Notes: generated by a model not told the origin, from the letters alone. Positions 26,522 through 36,798 are shown, counted from the first letter of the stretch. The stretch: DNA of 64,000 nucleotides from Dehalococcoidia bacterium (GCA_034429995.1 DAOUEZ010000003.1:187-64186), one strand, 5' to 3'. Program-made: numbers and translations.

Positions 26522-28525
26522 GTGATGGATGGCGAGGTGTCGGCTGAGCCGGTTTCCGAGGGCACCGTTCTTTGGCAGCCCTCGGAGGAGCAGAAAGCGC
26601 AGGCCAATATCACGCGCTATCTGCGCTGGCTGAAGGACCAAAAGGGCCTCGACTTTGGTTCCTACGACGATCTATGGGCGTGGTCGGTGAGTGACCTTGA
26701 AGGCTTCTGGGCTTCCATCTGGGATTTCTTTGGGGTGAAGGCTCACCGGCCTTCCACACGCGTGTTGGATCAGCGCCGCATGCCCGGGGCGCAATGGTTT
26801 GCGGGCGCCGAGCTGAACTACGCCGAGTACGCTCTGCAGCGGCGGGACGAGCACCCGGCCGTAGTGTTTAAGTCGGAAGTGGGGCCGCTTAGCACGCTGA
26901 CCTATGCCGATCTATATCGGCAGGTGGCAGCGGTAGCGGCGGGGCTCAGACGGCTCGGCGTTCGGCGAGGCGACCGAGTGGTGGCCTATATGCCGAACAT
27001 CCCCCAGGCCCTGGTGGCCTTTCTGGCTGCCGCCAGCATCGGTGCAATCTGGTCCAGTTGCTCCCCGGACTTTGGCATCCGTGCCGTGGTGGACCGCTTC
27101 CAGTTGATTGAGCCCAAGGTGCTTTTTGCCGCAGATGGCTACCACTACAATGGCAAACCCTATGAACGCCTGGCTGCCGTTGCAGACATACAGCGTCACC
27201 TCCCTACGTTGGAGACCACCGTGGTGGTTCCCTATCTCGATGATCAGCCGGTGACGGGGGGCTTGGGCAACGTGAAGCTGTGGGGCGAGCTGTTCGACGA
27301 AACGTCGGAGCTACTCTTTGAGCCGGTGCCCTTCGAGCATCCCCTGTGGGTGCTGTACTCGTCGGGCACCACGGGAGTTCCTAAGGCCATCGTCCAGGGC
27401 CATGGCGGGATTCTTCTGGAACACCTGAAGGCGCTCTCCCTGCACCTTGATCTGAACTCCGAGGACAGATTCTTCTGGTTCACCACCACCGGCTGGATGA
27501 TGTGGAATTTCCTGATAAGCGGGCTGTTACTAGACATGACGATCTTGTTGTATGACGGAAGCCCCGGCTATCCCGATATGCGGGCCCTCTGGCGGTTTGC
27601 TGAAGAGACAGGGATGACCTATTTTGGCACCAGCGCCCCTTACATTCTGTCGTCCATGAAGGCCGACATTGAACCTGGCCGGGAGTTCAATCTGAGCAGC
27701 CTACGGGCAGTGGGCTCCACAGGGGCGCCCCTTCCGCCGGAAGGGTTCCAGTGGGTCTACGACAAGGTGAAGAAGGACCTGCTGTTAGGTTCGGTGAGCG
27801 GAGGGACCGACCTGTGCACGGCGTTCGTTCTGTCCTGTCCGATCCTCCCGGTGCACGCCGGAGAGATCCAGTGCCGTGGCCTGGGCGCCCGCGTGGAGGC
27901 GTACGATGAACAGGGGCATCCCATAGTAGGGGAGGTGGGGGAGCTGGTTATCATCGAGCCGCTACCTTCGATGCCTCTGTTTTTCTGGAGCGATCCGGAT
28001 GGTCAGCGCTACCAGGAGAGCTACTTCGAGATGTTTCCGGGGGTGTGGCGTCACGGCGACTGGATCAAAATCGGGCGCGGGGGTAGCTGCGTGATCTACG
28101 GGCGTTCGGATTCTACCCTTAACCGCGCCGGTGTGCGGATGGGCAGCAGCGAGTTTTACCGGGTGGTGGAAGAGCTCCCCGAGGTTCTCGATAGCCTAGT
28201 TGTGGACACAGGACAGTTGGGGAGCGAGGGTCGCTTACTGCTCTTTGTAGTGCCGCGCAGTGGGGTCAGCCTGGACGAGGGGCTTCAAGCCCGAATCAGG
28301 GAGAAGCTGCGCCGAGAGCTCTCCCCCCGATACGTGCCTGATGAGATCTATGCCGTTTCTGACATTCCTCGCACACTCAACGATAAGAAGCTCGAGGTGC
28401 CGGTTAAGCGCATTCTGACGGGGACTCCACCAGAAAAAGCAGTCAGCCCAGATGCCATAAGCAACCCGCGGTCGATCCACTTTTTCATCGACCTGGCTCA
28501 GAGGCTAGAACAGGCAAGCAACTAA
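26522..28525 (+). CDS. Acetoacetate--CoA ligase (acetoacetyl-CoA synthetase)
   Basis: Shows the AACS-specific N-terminal region (DLWAWSVSDLEGFWASIWDFF) and AMP-binding motifs. The protein is 667 aa. Confidence 0.85.
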   Translation: MMDGEVSAEPVSEGTVLWQPSEEQKAQANITRYLRWLKDQKGLDFGSYDDLWAWSVSDLEGFWASIWDFFGVKAHRPSTRVLDQRRMPGAQWFAGAELNYAEYALQRRDEHPAVVFKSEVGPLSTLTYADLYRQVAAVAAGLRRLGVRRGDRVVAYMPNIPQALVAFLAAASIGAIWSSCSPDFGIRAVVDRFQLIEPKVLFAADGYHYNGKPYERLAAVADIQRHLPTLETTVVVPYLDDQPVTGGLGNVKLWGELFDETSELLFEPVPFEHPLWVLYSSGTTGVPKAIVQGHGGILLEHLKALSLHLDLNSEDRFFWFTTTGWMMWNFLISGLLLDMTILLYDGSPGYPDMRALWRFAEETGMTYFGTSAPYILSSMKADIEPGREFNLSSLRAVGSTGAPLPPEGFQWVYDKVKKDLLLGSVSGGTDLCTAFVLSCPILPVHAGEIQCRGLGARVEAYDEQGHPIVGEVGELVIIEPLPSMPLFFWSDPDGQRYQESYFEMFPGVWRHGDWIKIGRGGSCVIYGRSDSTLNRAGVRMGSSEFYRVVEELPEVLDSLVVDTGQLGSEGRLLLFVVPRSGVSLDEGLQARIREKLRRELSPRYVPDEIYAVSDIPRTLNDKKLEVPVKRILTGTPPEKAVSPDAISNPRSIHFFIDLAQRLEQASN

Positions 28526-28645
28526 AGGAAGAACACCAGTACCGGCCACACGGGCAATAGAACACTTCCCCTGGGCTAGCGCTCCAAGGGCAGCGCTCGT
28601 GTTGATCAAGCCCAAGTGATAGCTTGCCGCCAAGCGAGGCGGCCT

Positions 28646-29116
28646 CTAGGACACCGGTCGGAAGTACTCGATGTCGCTGATCTCCCCCTTGCGCTCGTCG
28701 CGCCAGACGGGCTCCAGCCGCATGCCGATCTTCACCGCGTCCTTGGCCTTGTCCGGATCGCTGAGGTCAACCTCGCCCAGGATATGACCCAGACAGCTAT
28801 CGGCGCCGTCCAGCTTGATGAAGAGGGTGGCGATAGGCGGCGGCGGCAGGCCCAGGAAGGGCACGTAGCAGATGGTGAAGCCCTCCAAGGTTCCCTGGGG
28901 TCCTACCTCCACCCACTCTTCGGTGGAGACGAAGCACCTCTCGCAAAAGGGGCGAGGCGGCAGGAGGACCCGCCGACACTGAGGGCAGCGCACCCCGAAG
29001 ATCTTCTTGCTGTCCCTTAGTTCCCGGAAGAAGCGGCTGGCAAACCTGCCCGCCGTATAGCGGAAGGGCAGGTTCCAGGTCCCCGGCATTACCAGAATTT
29101 CCTCTTCCTGCGTCAT
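28646..29116 (-). CDS. DUF35 Zn-ribbon/OB-fold protein (thiolase partner)
   Basis: CPQCRRVLLPPRPFCERC zinc ribbon followed by an OB-fold. Confidence 0.75.
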   Translation of the reverse strand: MTQEEEILVMPGTWNLPFRYTAGRFASRFFRELRDSKKIFGVRCPQCRRVLLPPRPFCERCFVSTEEWVEVGPQGTLEGFTICYVPFLGLPPPPIATLFIKLDGADSCLGHILGEVDLSDPDKAKDAVKIGMRLEPVWRDERKGEISDIEYFRPVS

Positions 29117-29134
29117 GGCCTTGTTCTCCCGTTC

Positions 29135-30307
29135 TTACGGCGCTTCCTTGTCCAGGATCATCAGGACATGGAAGCCGATGGCGGCACCCCAGACGTGGGC
29201 GAGGGCCGTCTTCACATTGGCTACCTGGTGCTTATCAGCCTTTCCCATCACCTGTAGGGCGGCCTCGCCTATCCGGATGAGGCCCGAAGCCCCGATGGGA
29301 TTGGTGCAGAGGGTTCCCCCGGAGGGGCAGACAGGCAGCTTGCCCTCCATGGTGGTCACGCCCTTGCGGATGAGCTCGGCCCCTTTCCCCGGCTCGCAGA
29401 AACCCAGGGCTTCACATTCGATGATCTCCTGAATGGTGAAGGCGTTGTATAGCTCGGCCACATCCAGCTCTTCCAACGGATTGTTGATCCTGGCCTCGTT
29501 GTAGACGCGCCGGGCCAGAATCGAGAGGGCCTCCCAGTCCTGGAACCAGGGGCGGTCGCCCACGTAGTAGTTGTCAGTGATCTGGCCCTCCCCCCGTACC
29601 CAAGCGGGGGTGTCCGTTATCTTGCGGGCCCGCTCCTCGGAGGCGAAGATGATGGCGCAAGCGCCGTCGGAGCTAGGGCAGCAGTCGCTGAAGCGGAGGG
29701 GCCAGGAGACCATGCGGGTCTTCAGGGCGTCCTCGACCGTCAGGTGGCGCCGAAGGTGGGCGTAGGGGTTGTTGAGGGCGTTGGCGTAGTTCTTGGCGGC
29801 TACCATTGCCAGGTCTTCCTCGGTGGTGCCGTAGTAGTGGAAGTGACTGGCGGCCTGGTTAGCACCGACCATGATAGCGCCGCCGCCCATCCAGCGCTCG
29901 TATATGGGGTCGATGCAGGTGTTGAGGACGAGCTGGGCCTCGAGGGTGGAGCCCACCCGCTGGGAGGCCACCGCCAGGACGACATCGAACAGCCCGGAGG
30001 TCACGTGGTAGTAGGCGCCGAGGGCGACGGAGCCGCCGGTGGTGCCGCCGGTGGTGAGCTTGATGAAGGGCTTATTCGAAGCGCCAGCGCCGACGCAGGC
30101 GTCCACGTTCCACCTTTCGGGGGCGAAAACGCCATCGAAGGGGTCCATAGAGCCGTAGACGACGGCGTCGATATCCTTGGCCTTCAGGTTAGTCTGGGCG
30201 AGGGCTGCGCTGACCGCCTCGTGGACCAGCTCTGGATAGGTCACATCGCGTCGGTGACTGGACGTTCGGGTCAGGCCGACACTAACGATAGCTACTCTTC
30301 TAGCCAT
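29135..30307 (-). CDS. Thiolase-domain protein (SCP-x / lipid-transfer-protein type)
   Basis: N-terminal RRVAIVSVGLT and thiolase C-terminal GGxLCTNPIGASG-type motifs. Confidence 0.75.
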   Translation of the reverse strand: MARRVAIVSVGLTRTSSHRRDVTYPELVHEAVSAALAQTNLKAKDIDAVVYGSMDPFDGVFAPERWNVDACVGAGASNKPFIKLTTGGTTGGSVALGAYYHVTSGLFDVVLAVASQRVGSTLEAQLVLNTCIDPIYERWMGGGAIMVGANQAASHFHYYGTTEEDLAMVAAKNYANALNNPYAHLRRHLTVEDALKTRMVSWPLRFSDCCPSSDGACAIIFASEERARKITDTPAWVRGEGQITDNYYVGDRPWFQDWEALSILARRVYNEARINNPLEELDVAELYNAFTIQEIIECEALGFCEPGKGAELIRKGVTTMEGKLPVCPSGGTLCTNPIGASGLIRIGEAALQVMGKADKHQVANVKTALAHVWGAAIGFHVLMILDKEAP

Positions 30308-30310
30308 GGC

Positions 30311-31462
30311 TCACCCCCGCTCCAGAATTGCCACGCAGTTGGTGGGGGCAGCAGCTCCGGCAGGGGCGCTCAGGCCATGGGCCAGGGCCAGCCTAGCTCC
30401 CGCCACCTGCCGACCGTGGGCCTCCCCCCGCAGTTGGAGGGCGGCCTCGGCAGCCCGCACCAGCCCCGAGGCGCCGAACAGGTTGGTGCAAAGAGACCCC
30501 CCAGAAGGATTGACCGGTAGCTTGCCGTCCATCTCAGTCGTTCCTTCCTCGATCAGCTTTGCCCCCTGGCCGGCCTCGGCGAAGCCCAGGGCCTCGTAGT
30601 CCATCAGCTCGTGGAAGGAGGTAGCCTCGTGGACCTCCGCCAGGTCGAATTCGTCCAGAGGGCGTTTAGTGCCGGCCATCTGATAGGCGCGTTGGGCCGC
30701 CGCAGCCAGAGAGGGGATCTCGGCCAGGTCCTTGCTGCCCATCTCGTAGCTCTCGATGGCCCAGCCAATGCCCCGGATCCAGACGGGCTTGTCGGTGATG
30801 CGCCGCACCACGTCTTCGCTGGCCAGGATGAGTGCCACGGCTCCCACCGACTCCGGCGGGCAGTCGAGTGCCTTCAGGGGGTAGGAGACAGGCCCTGAAG
30901 CAAGCACCTCCTCCAGAGAGACGGGCGAGCGCAGGTGAGCGTAAGGGTTACGGGCGCCATTGGCGCGGTTCTTGATCACCACCTTCGCCGCCTGCTCCTC
31001 GCTCACGCCGTACTTGTGCATGTAGGCGTTAGCCTGCATGGCCATGGTGATAAGGTAGTTACGGCCTACAGGGCGACTGAACAGGGCGTCGAATATGATC
31101 CTGGTCACCGCGTCGATGGCCGCCTCGCGGTGGCCGTGGCCGGCCACCAGGGCGACATCGAATAGGCCCGAGGCTATGCGCAGGTAGCCATAGACCAGGG
31201 CCATGATGCCATCCTCGGCTGCATGGCTGGAGTCCTTGAGGTAGCCGCCGATAGCCATGCAGGTATGCATATCGGAGATGGTGCGGCCATCGATGGCATC
31301 CCAGCCGGAGGCGATGACTGTATCCAGGTCGCCCCGATCCAGAGCGGCGTCCTCCAGGGCCCGCTTGGCGGCCTCGAAGTCGCTCTCGTAGTATACGTAG
31401 TGGCCCTTCGACTCTTCGTGCTTGGTCTGACCAATGCCGACGATGGCCACTCGTCTGGGCAT
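30311..31462 (-). CDS. Thiolase-domain protein (SCP-x type), paralog
   Basis: N-terminus PRRVAIVGIGQTK. A 3 nt spacer separates it from the downstream thiolase gene. Confidence 0.75.
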   Translation of the reverse strand: MPRRVAIVGIGQTKHEESKGHYVYYESDFEAAKRALEDAALDRGDLDTVIASGWDAIDGRTISDMHTCMAIGGYLKDSSHAAEDGIMALVYGYLRIASGLFDVALVAGHGHREAAIDAVTRIIFDALFSRPVGRNYLITMAMQANAYMHKYGVSEEQAAKVVIKNRANGARNPYAHLRSPVSLEEVLASGPVSYPLKALDCPPESVGAVALILASEDVVRRITDKPVWIRGIGWAIESYEMGSKDLAEIPSLAAAAQRAYQMAGTKRPLDEFDLAEVHEATSFHELMDYEALGFAEAGQGAKLIEEGTTEMDGKLPVNPSGGSLCTNLFGASGLVRAAEAALQLRGEAHGRQVAGARLALAHGLSAPAGAAAPTNCVAILERG

Positions 31463-31666
31463 ATCGTTTTCACCTCCTTTTCCGCTTGTTCATCGGCCCG
31501 CCTGCCCACAAGCAGGCGAGCAGGGAAAAGAATATCACAGATGTTTGAGATAGATAAGGCAATCGGGCCAGAGATTGAGTTCTTTTGGGGAAGAAGTTCT
31601 GATATAATGCCTGGCTGACGGCAGGCGGACCTGCCGTACATCATGTTCAGGTAAGAGGGAGTTGCC
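31463..31666. promoter_or_regulatory. Lower-GC divergent promoter region with a TATAAT box and an 8 bp hairpin
   Basis: TATAAT at 31602-31607. Hairpin ACGGCAGG-cgga-CCTGCCGT at 31619-31639, just upstream of the thiolase start at 31667. Confidence 0.3.
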
Positions 31667-32821
31667 ATGCCAGACAGAGTAGCCATCGTCGGCGTGGGCC
31701 ATACTCAGTTCAGGGCCACCAGCCCCGGCGTATCCTACAAGGAGCTCATGTTCGAGGCCGCCACCAGGGCCTACGCGGACGCCGACATCGACCCCCGCCG
31801 CGATATCGATAGCTTCGTCTGCTGCTCGGAGGACATCACCGAGGGCACCAGCATCTTCGACGAGTACGTGCCGGACCAGATCGGCGCTGCCCTCCGGCCG
31901 GTGCACACGATCGGCGGGGACGGCCTGCAGGGGCTGGCCGCCGCCTACATGCAGATCCTGACCGGCGCCTTCGAGGTGGTGGCGGTGGAGGCCCATAGCA
32001 AGGCCTCCAACATCCTCACCCCCCATCACATCCTGGCCCTGGCTCTTGACCCCATCTTCGTCCGTCCCCTGGGGGCCCATCCCCACTTCGTGGCCGGCCT
32101 GGAGATGAGTCGCTACCTGGCTCAGTCCGGCACCAGCCGCCAGCAGTGCGCCCACGTGGTGGCCAAGAATCGGGGGAATGCCTTATTCAATGATGCCGCC
32201 GCCTACGCAGCGGACCTGGAGGCGGAGGACGTCCTCGAGAGCGAGCCAGCCTTCTGGCCCCTGAGCCGCCTGGAGATCAGCGCGCCGGCCGACGGAGCGG
32301 TGGTGGTGGTGCTGGCCTCGGAGACGAGGGCCAAGGCTCTTGGCGTTCAGCCGATCTGGATTCTGGGGGCCGGCTGGTGCAGCGATAGCTCCGCCCTGGA
32401 CAGCCGGCAGTGGGGCATTGCTGCCTACGCTCGCCTGGCCGCCGAGCAGGCCTACCGCCAGGCTGGCATCAGCAGCCCCAGCCGCGAGATCAACTTCGCC
32501 GAGGTGGACGACACCTTTTCCTATAAGGAACTCCAGCACCTGGAGGCCCTGGGCGTCTTCCGGCCGGGCAGGGCAGGGGTGGAGACGGAGGAGGGTGCTA
32601 CCCAGGTGGACGGCAAGTTCCCGGTGAACCCCTCGGGAGGGAGCCTGGGCGTGGGCCATCTGGCCGAGGCCAATGGTCTGCAGAAGGTGGTGGAGGTCGT
32701 GAGCCAGCTACGAGAGGAGGCCGGGCCGCGCCAGATACCGGATGTCAAGGTGGGCCTGGCCCAATCGTGGCGGGGCGTTCCTACCGCCACGGGCGCGGTT
32801 GTCATACTGAGCAGGGAGTAA
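31667..32821 (+). CDS. Thiolase-domain protein (SCP-x type)
   Basis: N-terminus PDRVAIVGVGHTQF with thiolase N- and C-terminal domains. Confidence 0.75.
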   Translation: MPDRVAIVGVGHTQFRATSPGVSYKELMFEAATRAYADADIDPRRDIDSFVCCSEDITEGTSIFDEYVPDQIGAALRPVHTIGGDGLQGLAAAYMQILTGAFEVVAVEAHSKASNILTPHHILALALDPIFVRPLGAHPHFVAGLEMSRYLAQSGTSRQQCAHVVAKNRGNALFNDAAAYAADLEAEDVLESEPAFWPLSRLEISAPADGAVVVVLASETRAKALGVQPIWILGAGWCSDSSALDSRQWGIAAYARLAAEQAYRQAGISSPSREINFAEVDDTFSYKELQHLEALGVFRPGRAGVETEEGATQVDGKFPVNPSGGSLGVGHLAEANGLQKVVEVVSQLREEAGPRQIPDVKVGLAQSWRGVPTATGAVVILSRE

Positions 32822-32826
32822 GAACG

Positions 32827-33990
32827 ATGGGATTGCGAAGAGTGGCTGTAGTCGGTGCGGGCATGACCAAGTTCATGCGCCGCGCCCTGGAGACGGGCCG
32901 CGAGCTGTCCTGGCAGGCAGCCAGCATGGCCCTGGAGTCCTGCGATCTGACCCTTGAGGACGTCGACGGCGTGGTCATTGGCACCGCTCCTGACACCTTT
33001 GACGGCGTCCACATGAAAGGCGAGTATCTGAGCGACGGCTGCGGCGCCTGGCAGAAGCCGGTGATGCGCGGCTACGTGGGCGGCGGCACCGGTGTCTTCT
33101 CCCCCATTCAAGGCTGGTATCACGTGGCCTCTGGCCTCTTCGACGTCGTGCTGGTGGTAGGGGAAGAGAAGATGTCCTCCTGCCACCCTCATCCTCAGGG
33201 CGCTTTCCTCACCATCTTCGATAACATGCTGGAGCGTCCCCTGGAGCCCAATCTGATCTGGATCTTCGCCCTGGAGATGCAGCGCTACATGGAGGCGCAC
33301 GGCCTCAGCAAGCGAGACATCGCTCTGGTCTCGGTGAAGAACAAGCGCAACGCCCTGGATCATCCCTGTGCCCAAGTGGCGGAGGACATCAGCGTCGAGG
33401 ATGTGCTTAACTCGGAGATCATGGTCTGGCCGGTGAGCCGCCTGGACGTAAGCCCGGTGAGCGATGGTGCCGCCGCGCTGGTGCTGGCCGCGGAGCATGT
33501 GGCTAAGCGGATGACCGACAAGCCGGTGTGGATCGACGGCGTGGGCTGGCACCTGGACAGCGCCTACTGGACGAACCGCGACCTGTACTATCCCAAATAT
33601 GTGGAGTACGCCGCCCGTATGGCCTATCGCATGGCAGGCATCACCGAGCCGCGCAAGCAGATCAACGTCGTCGAGCCCTATGACCCCTTCTCCTACAAGG
33701 AGCTGCATCACCTGGAGGGGCTGCTTCTGTGCGGTAAGGGAGAGGCGGCCAAGCTCACTGCCGACGGGGTGACCCAGCGCAACGGCGACCTACCGGTCTG
33801 CCCCTCGGGTGGGCTGATGGGGGTGGGCAACCCGATCGCCGCTTCCGGCGTGATGAAGGTGGCCGAGATCTTCTGGCAGCTACGGGGAGAGGCCGGCAAG
33901 CGGCAGGTGCCTGGCAAGCCCATCACCGGCCTGGCCCAGGCCTGGGGCGACCTGATGCAGGTGGGCACAGTAGTGGTGTTGCGCATCTAG
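32827..33990 (+). CDS. Thiolase-domain protein (SCP-x type), paralog
   Basis: N-terminus GLRRVAVVGAGMTKF. The start ATG 32827 is in frame with the track ORF. Confidence 0.75.
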   Translation: MGLRRVAVVGAGMTKFMRRALETGRELSWQAASMALESCDLTLEDVDGVVIGTAPDTFDGVHMKGEYLSDGCGAWQKPVMRGYVGGGTGVFSPIQGWYHVASGLFDVVLVVGEEKMSSCHPHPQGAFLTIFDNMLERPLEPNLIWIFALEMQRYMEAHGLSKRDIALVSVKNKRNALDHPCAQVAEDISVEDVLNSEIMVWPVSRLDVSPVSDGAAALVLAAEHVAKRMTDKPVWIDGVGWHLDSAYWTNRDLYYPKYVEYAARMAYRMAGITEPRKQINVVEPYDPFSYKELHHLEGLLLCGKGEAAKLTADGVTQRNGDLPVCPSGGLMGVGNPIAASGVMKVAEIFWQLRGEAGKRQVPGKPITGLAQAWGDLMQVGTVVVLRI

Positions 33991-34011
33991 AACCAGCGGG
34001 AGGGAAGGCAA

Positions 34012-34515
34012 GTGACAACAGATAGGGAATTTCCTGGCACCCCCCTCAGCGACAGCGACATCAGCGAAGGCAAGGTCTTGATAGTGGAACACGATCCCAA
34101 CGCCCGTTACGCCTGGGACGCCGGCATCGCCATCGGGCGCTTCCTGGCCGAGCTGAAGAAGGGCCGCATCGTCGGCCGCGAGTGTCACCGCTGTCGGCGC
34201 ATTATGGTGCCGCCACGCATGTTCTGCGAACAGTGCTTTCGGCCCACCGACCGCTGGGTCGTCTTGAAGGACAGCGGGCGGGTGAATACCTACTCCATCT
34301 CCTACATCCGCTGGGACGCCAGTCGCGTCAAAGAGCCCACTATTCCCGCCGTCATCGAGATCGACGGAGCGAGCAAGGGGATGGGGATCATGCACTTCCT
34401 GGGGGAGGTAAAGCCCGAGGACGTGCAGGTGGGCATGAGGGTGAAGGCGGTGTGGAAACCACCGCGGCAGCGGGAGGGCTCCATTCTGGATATTAGATAC
34501 TTCCGCCCCTATTAG
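34012..34515 (+). CDS. DUF35 Zn-ribbon/OB-fold protein
   Basis: CHRCRRIMVPPRMFCEQC zinc ribbon. Confidence 0.75.
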   Translation: MTTDREFPGTPLSDSDISEGKVLIVEHDPNARYAWDAGIAIGRFLAELKKGRIVGRECHRCRRIMVPPRMFCEQCFRPTDRWVVLKDSGRVNTYSISYIRWDASRVKEPTIPAVIEIDGASKGMGIMHFLGEVKPEDVQVGMRVKAVWKPPRQREGSILDIRYFRPY

Positions 34516-34528
34516 GAGGTCTTGCGTC

Positions 34529-35011
34529 ATGGGTTCCCCGGAGCAGATCAGCCAGATCGAGGACATCCGCTATGTGTACGGCGCTATCCCGGTGAACTTC
34601 GCCTACACGATGGGCGTGGCCGGCGAGCGCTTCTTCCGGGAGCTTATGGAGAACGGGCGGTTCATGGGCACCCGCTGCCAGCAGTGTCAGTACACCTACC
34701 TGCCACCCCGCCTGTATTGTGAGCGCTGCTTCGCCAGCCTGGATGACCAGTGGGTGGAGGTGAGCTCGCGGGGCACCGTCGAGGCCTTCACCGTCGCCCA
34801 TCTGGACCTGGAGGGCCAGCCCGTGGCCGAACCGCAGTTGCTGGCCCTCATCCGCCTGGAAGGGGCGGACGGGCTCCTCGTGCATCGGCTGGGCGAGACC
34901 AGGGCCGAGGACGTGGACATCGGCTTGCCGGTAACGGCAGTTTTCCGCCCTCGACGGCAACGCAAAGGCTCTATTCTGGATATCCGATACTTCAGGCCTG
35001 TTGCCTCTTGA
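34529..35011 (+). CDS. DUF35 Zn-ribbon/OB-fold protein
   Basis: CQQCQYTYLPPRLYCERC zinc ribbon. Confidence 0.75.
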   Translation: MGSPEQISQIEDIRYVYGAIPVNFAYTMGVAGERFFRELMENGRFMGTRCQQCQYTYLPPRLYCERCFASLDDQWVEVSSRGTVEAFTVAHLDLEGQPVAEPQLLALIRLEGADGLLVHRLGETRAEDVDIGLPVTAVFRPRRQRKGSILDIRYFRPVAS

Positions 35012-35104
35012 GCCAGGCGAATAACTAGGGTAAGGCGGAGCATCTCCGCGTGGCGACCTTCTGGCACCTTCGAATGATGAAGGCTGTTGAAAAAGCGCCC
35101 TTGT

Positions 35105-35187
35105 TCGCCCTTCGACACGCTCAGGGCGAGCGATTTGAGGTACCTCTGCGTATCTCCGCTCGTGGTGAGCCTGTCGAACCATGAACG
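35105..35187. repeat. Hairpin repeat copy R5
   Basis: cgcccttcgacacgctcagggcg has a covarying gccc/gggc stem. The second module is ccgctcgtggtgagcctgtcgaaccatgaacgg. R5 is intergenic, between the DUF35 gene and the thiolase-DUF35 fusion. Confidence 0.8.
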
Positions 35188-35247
35188 GAGCAGGGGGTTT
35201 TCAACAATCTCGATGCTTTGCCGCTGTGAAGCCTTGAGAAATCTCCA

Positions 35248-36759
35248 ATGAAGGAACGTCAGTTGCCGATCATCGTCGGAGCGGCCCAGTACACCAATCG
35301 CTCGGATGACCTGGCCGATGCTCTGGAGCCGCTGGAGATGATGGCTAAGGTGGCAAGGGAGGCTGAGGAGGATGCTGAGTGCCGGGGGCTGCTGGGGCGG
35401 CTGGATTCGGTTGGGGTGGCCAATATTCTCTCCTGGTCCTATGGGGATGCACCTGGCCTGCTGGCGGAGGCGGTCGGTGCCCACCCGACCGATAAGACCT
35501 ACACGACCGTTGGTGCCACCGCGTCCCAGTGGTTGATCAACCGCACAGCGGAACGCATCGCTCGGGGCGAGGCTCGTCTGGCCCTGGTGGCAGGGGCGGA
35601 AGCGATGCGGTCGGTGGTGAGACTGGGGGCCAGTGGCCGGCGTGGCTGGCGGCGCGGGCGACGCTGGACAGCACCCGAGGCTATGGCTGGAGATGCCCGA
35701 GCGGGGAGCACTGACATCGAGATGCGCCACGGTGCCAATGCGCCGTTGCGCATTTACCCCCTGTTCGAGAACGCGATTCGGGCCCAGAGGGGGCGCTCTA
35801 TCGCCGATCACCAGCAGCATCTGGCGGCGCTGTGTGCCCGCCTTGCCCAGGTGGCCAAAGACAATCCGTTCGCATGGTTCCGCGACGGCAAGACGGCGGA
35901 GGAGATCGGAACGGTCACCCCCGAGAACCGCATGATCTGCTTTCCTTACCCCAAGTACATGAACGCCATCATGGAGATAGATCAGGCAGCGGCGGTGATC
36001 ATGACCAGCGTGGGCACGGCTCAGGAGCTGGGCATCCCCAAGGAGAAGTGGGTGTACATCTGGGGATGCGCCGACGCCATCGACCTTTGGTACCTGAGCG
36101 AGCGGCTTAACTACTACAGCTCGCCGGCCATGGCCCTGGTTGGTCGAAGGGCACTGGAGATGGCCGGCCTTAGCATCGATGAGATCGACTGGTTCGACCT
36201 TTACAGTTGCTTTCCGTGTGCGGTGGAGCTCGCCTGCGACATGCTGGGCATCGCGGAGGACGATCCGCGTCCTATTACCCTGGCGGGCGGCCTTCCCTAC
36301 TTCGGCGGCCCGGGCAACAACTATAGCCTGCACGCCGTGTGCGCCATGGTGGAGCGGTTGCATGGGGAGCCGCAACGCAAGGCTCTGGTATCCGCTATGG
36401 GCTGGTATGTAACCAAGCACGCTCAGGGCATCTACAGCGGGATGCCGCCAGAGCGGGAGTGGAGAAGGGCCGACTCGCCGCAGGATCAGGCAGAGCTGGA
36501 TGCCATGCCCCATCCGACCCTGGTGGAGGCGCCGCGCGGAGCTGGGGCGGTAGAAACGTATACGGTTGTCTTCGGTCGCGAGGGCGAGCCGAAGTTCGCG
36601 GTGGTGTTCGGTCGTCTGGAAGACGGCGGCAGGTTCATCGCCAATGCGGAGCCTGACCCGGATCTCCTGCGCTGGATGACCGAGGAGGAGATGGTGGGCC
36701 GCAGGGCGAAGGTGAGGCACGATGCGGAGACCGGCCGCAACATGGTGACTATAGAGTGA
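35248..36759 (+). CDS. Thiolase-like protein fused to a C-terminal DUF35-like OB-fold domain
   Basis: The first ~380 aa have a thiolase fold (ITLAGGLPYFGGPGNNYSLHAV). The last ~110 aa resemble a DUF35 OB-fold. Confidence 0.65.
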   Translation: MKERQLPIIVGAAQYTNRSDDLADALEPLEMMAKVAREAEEDAECRGLLGRLDSVGVANILSWSYGDAPGLLAEAVGAHPTDKTYTTVGATASQWLINRTAERIARGEARLALVAGAEAMRSVVRLGASGRRGWRRGRRWTAPEAMAGDARAGSTDIEMRHGANAPLRIYPLFENAIRAQRGRSIADHQQHLAALCARLAQVAKDNPFAWFRDGKTAEEIGTVTPENRMICFPYPKYMNAIMEIDQAAAVIMTSVGTAQELGIPKEKWVYIWGCADAIDLWYLSERLNYYSSPAMALVGRRALEMAGLSIDEIDWFDLYSCFPCAVELACDMLGIAEDDPRPITLAGGLPYFGGPGNNYSLHAVCAMVERLHGEPQRKALVSAMGWYVTKHAQGIYSGMPPEREWRRADSPQDQAELDAMPHPTLVEAPRGAGAVETYTVVFGREGEPKFAVVFGRLEDGGRFIANAEPDPDLLRWMTEEEMVGRRAKVRHDAETGRNMVTIE

Positions 36760-36798
36760 GAATCTGGCCTTGAGGGCCATCCGATACAAGGGGGCACC

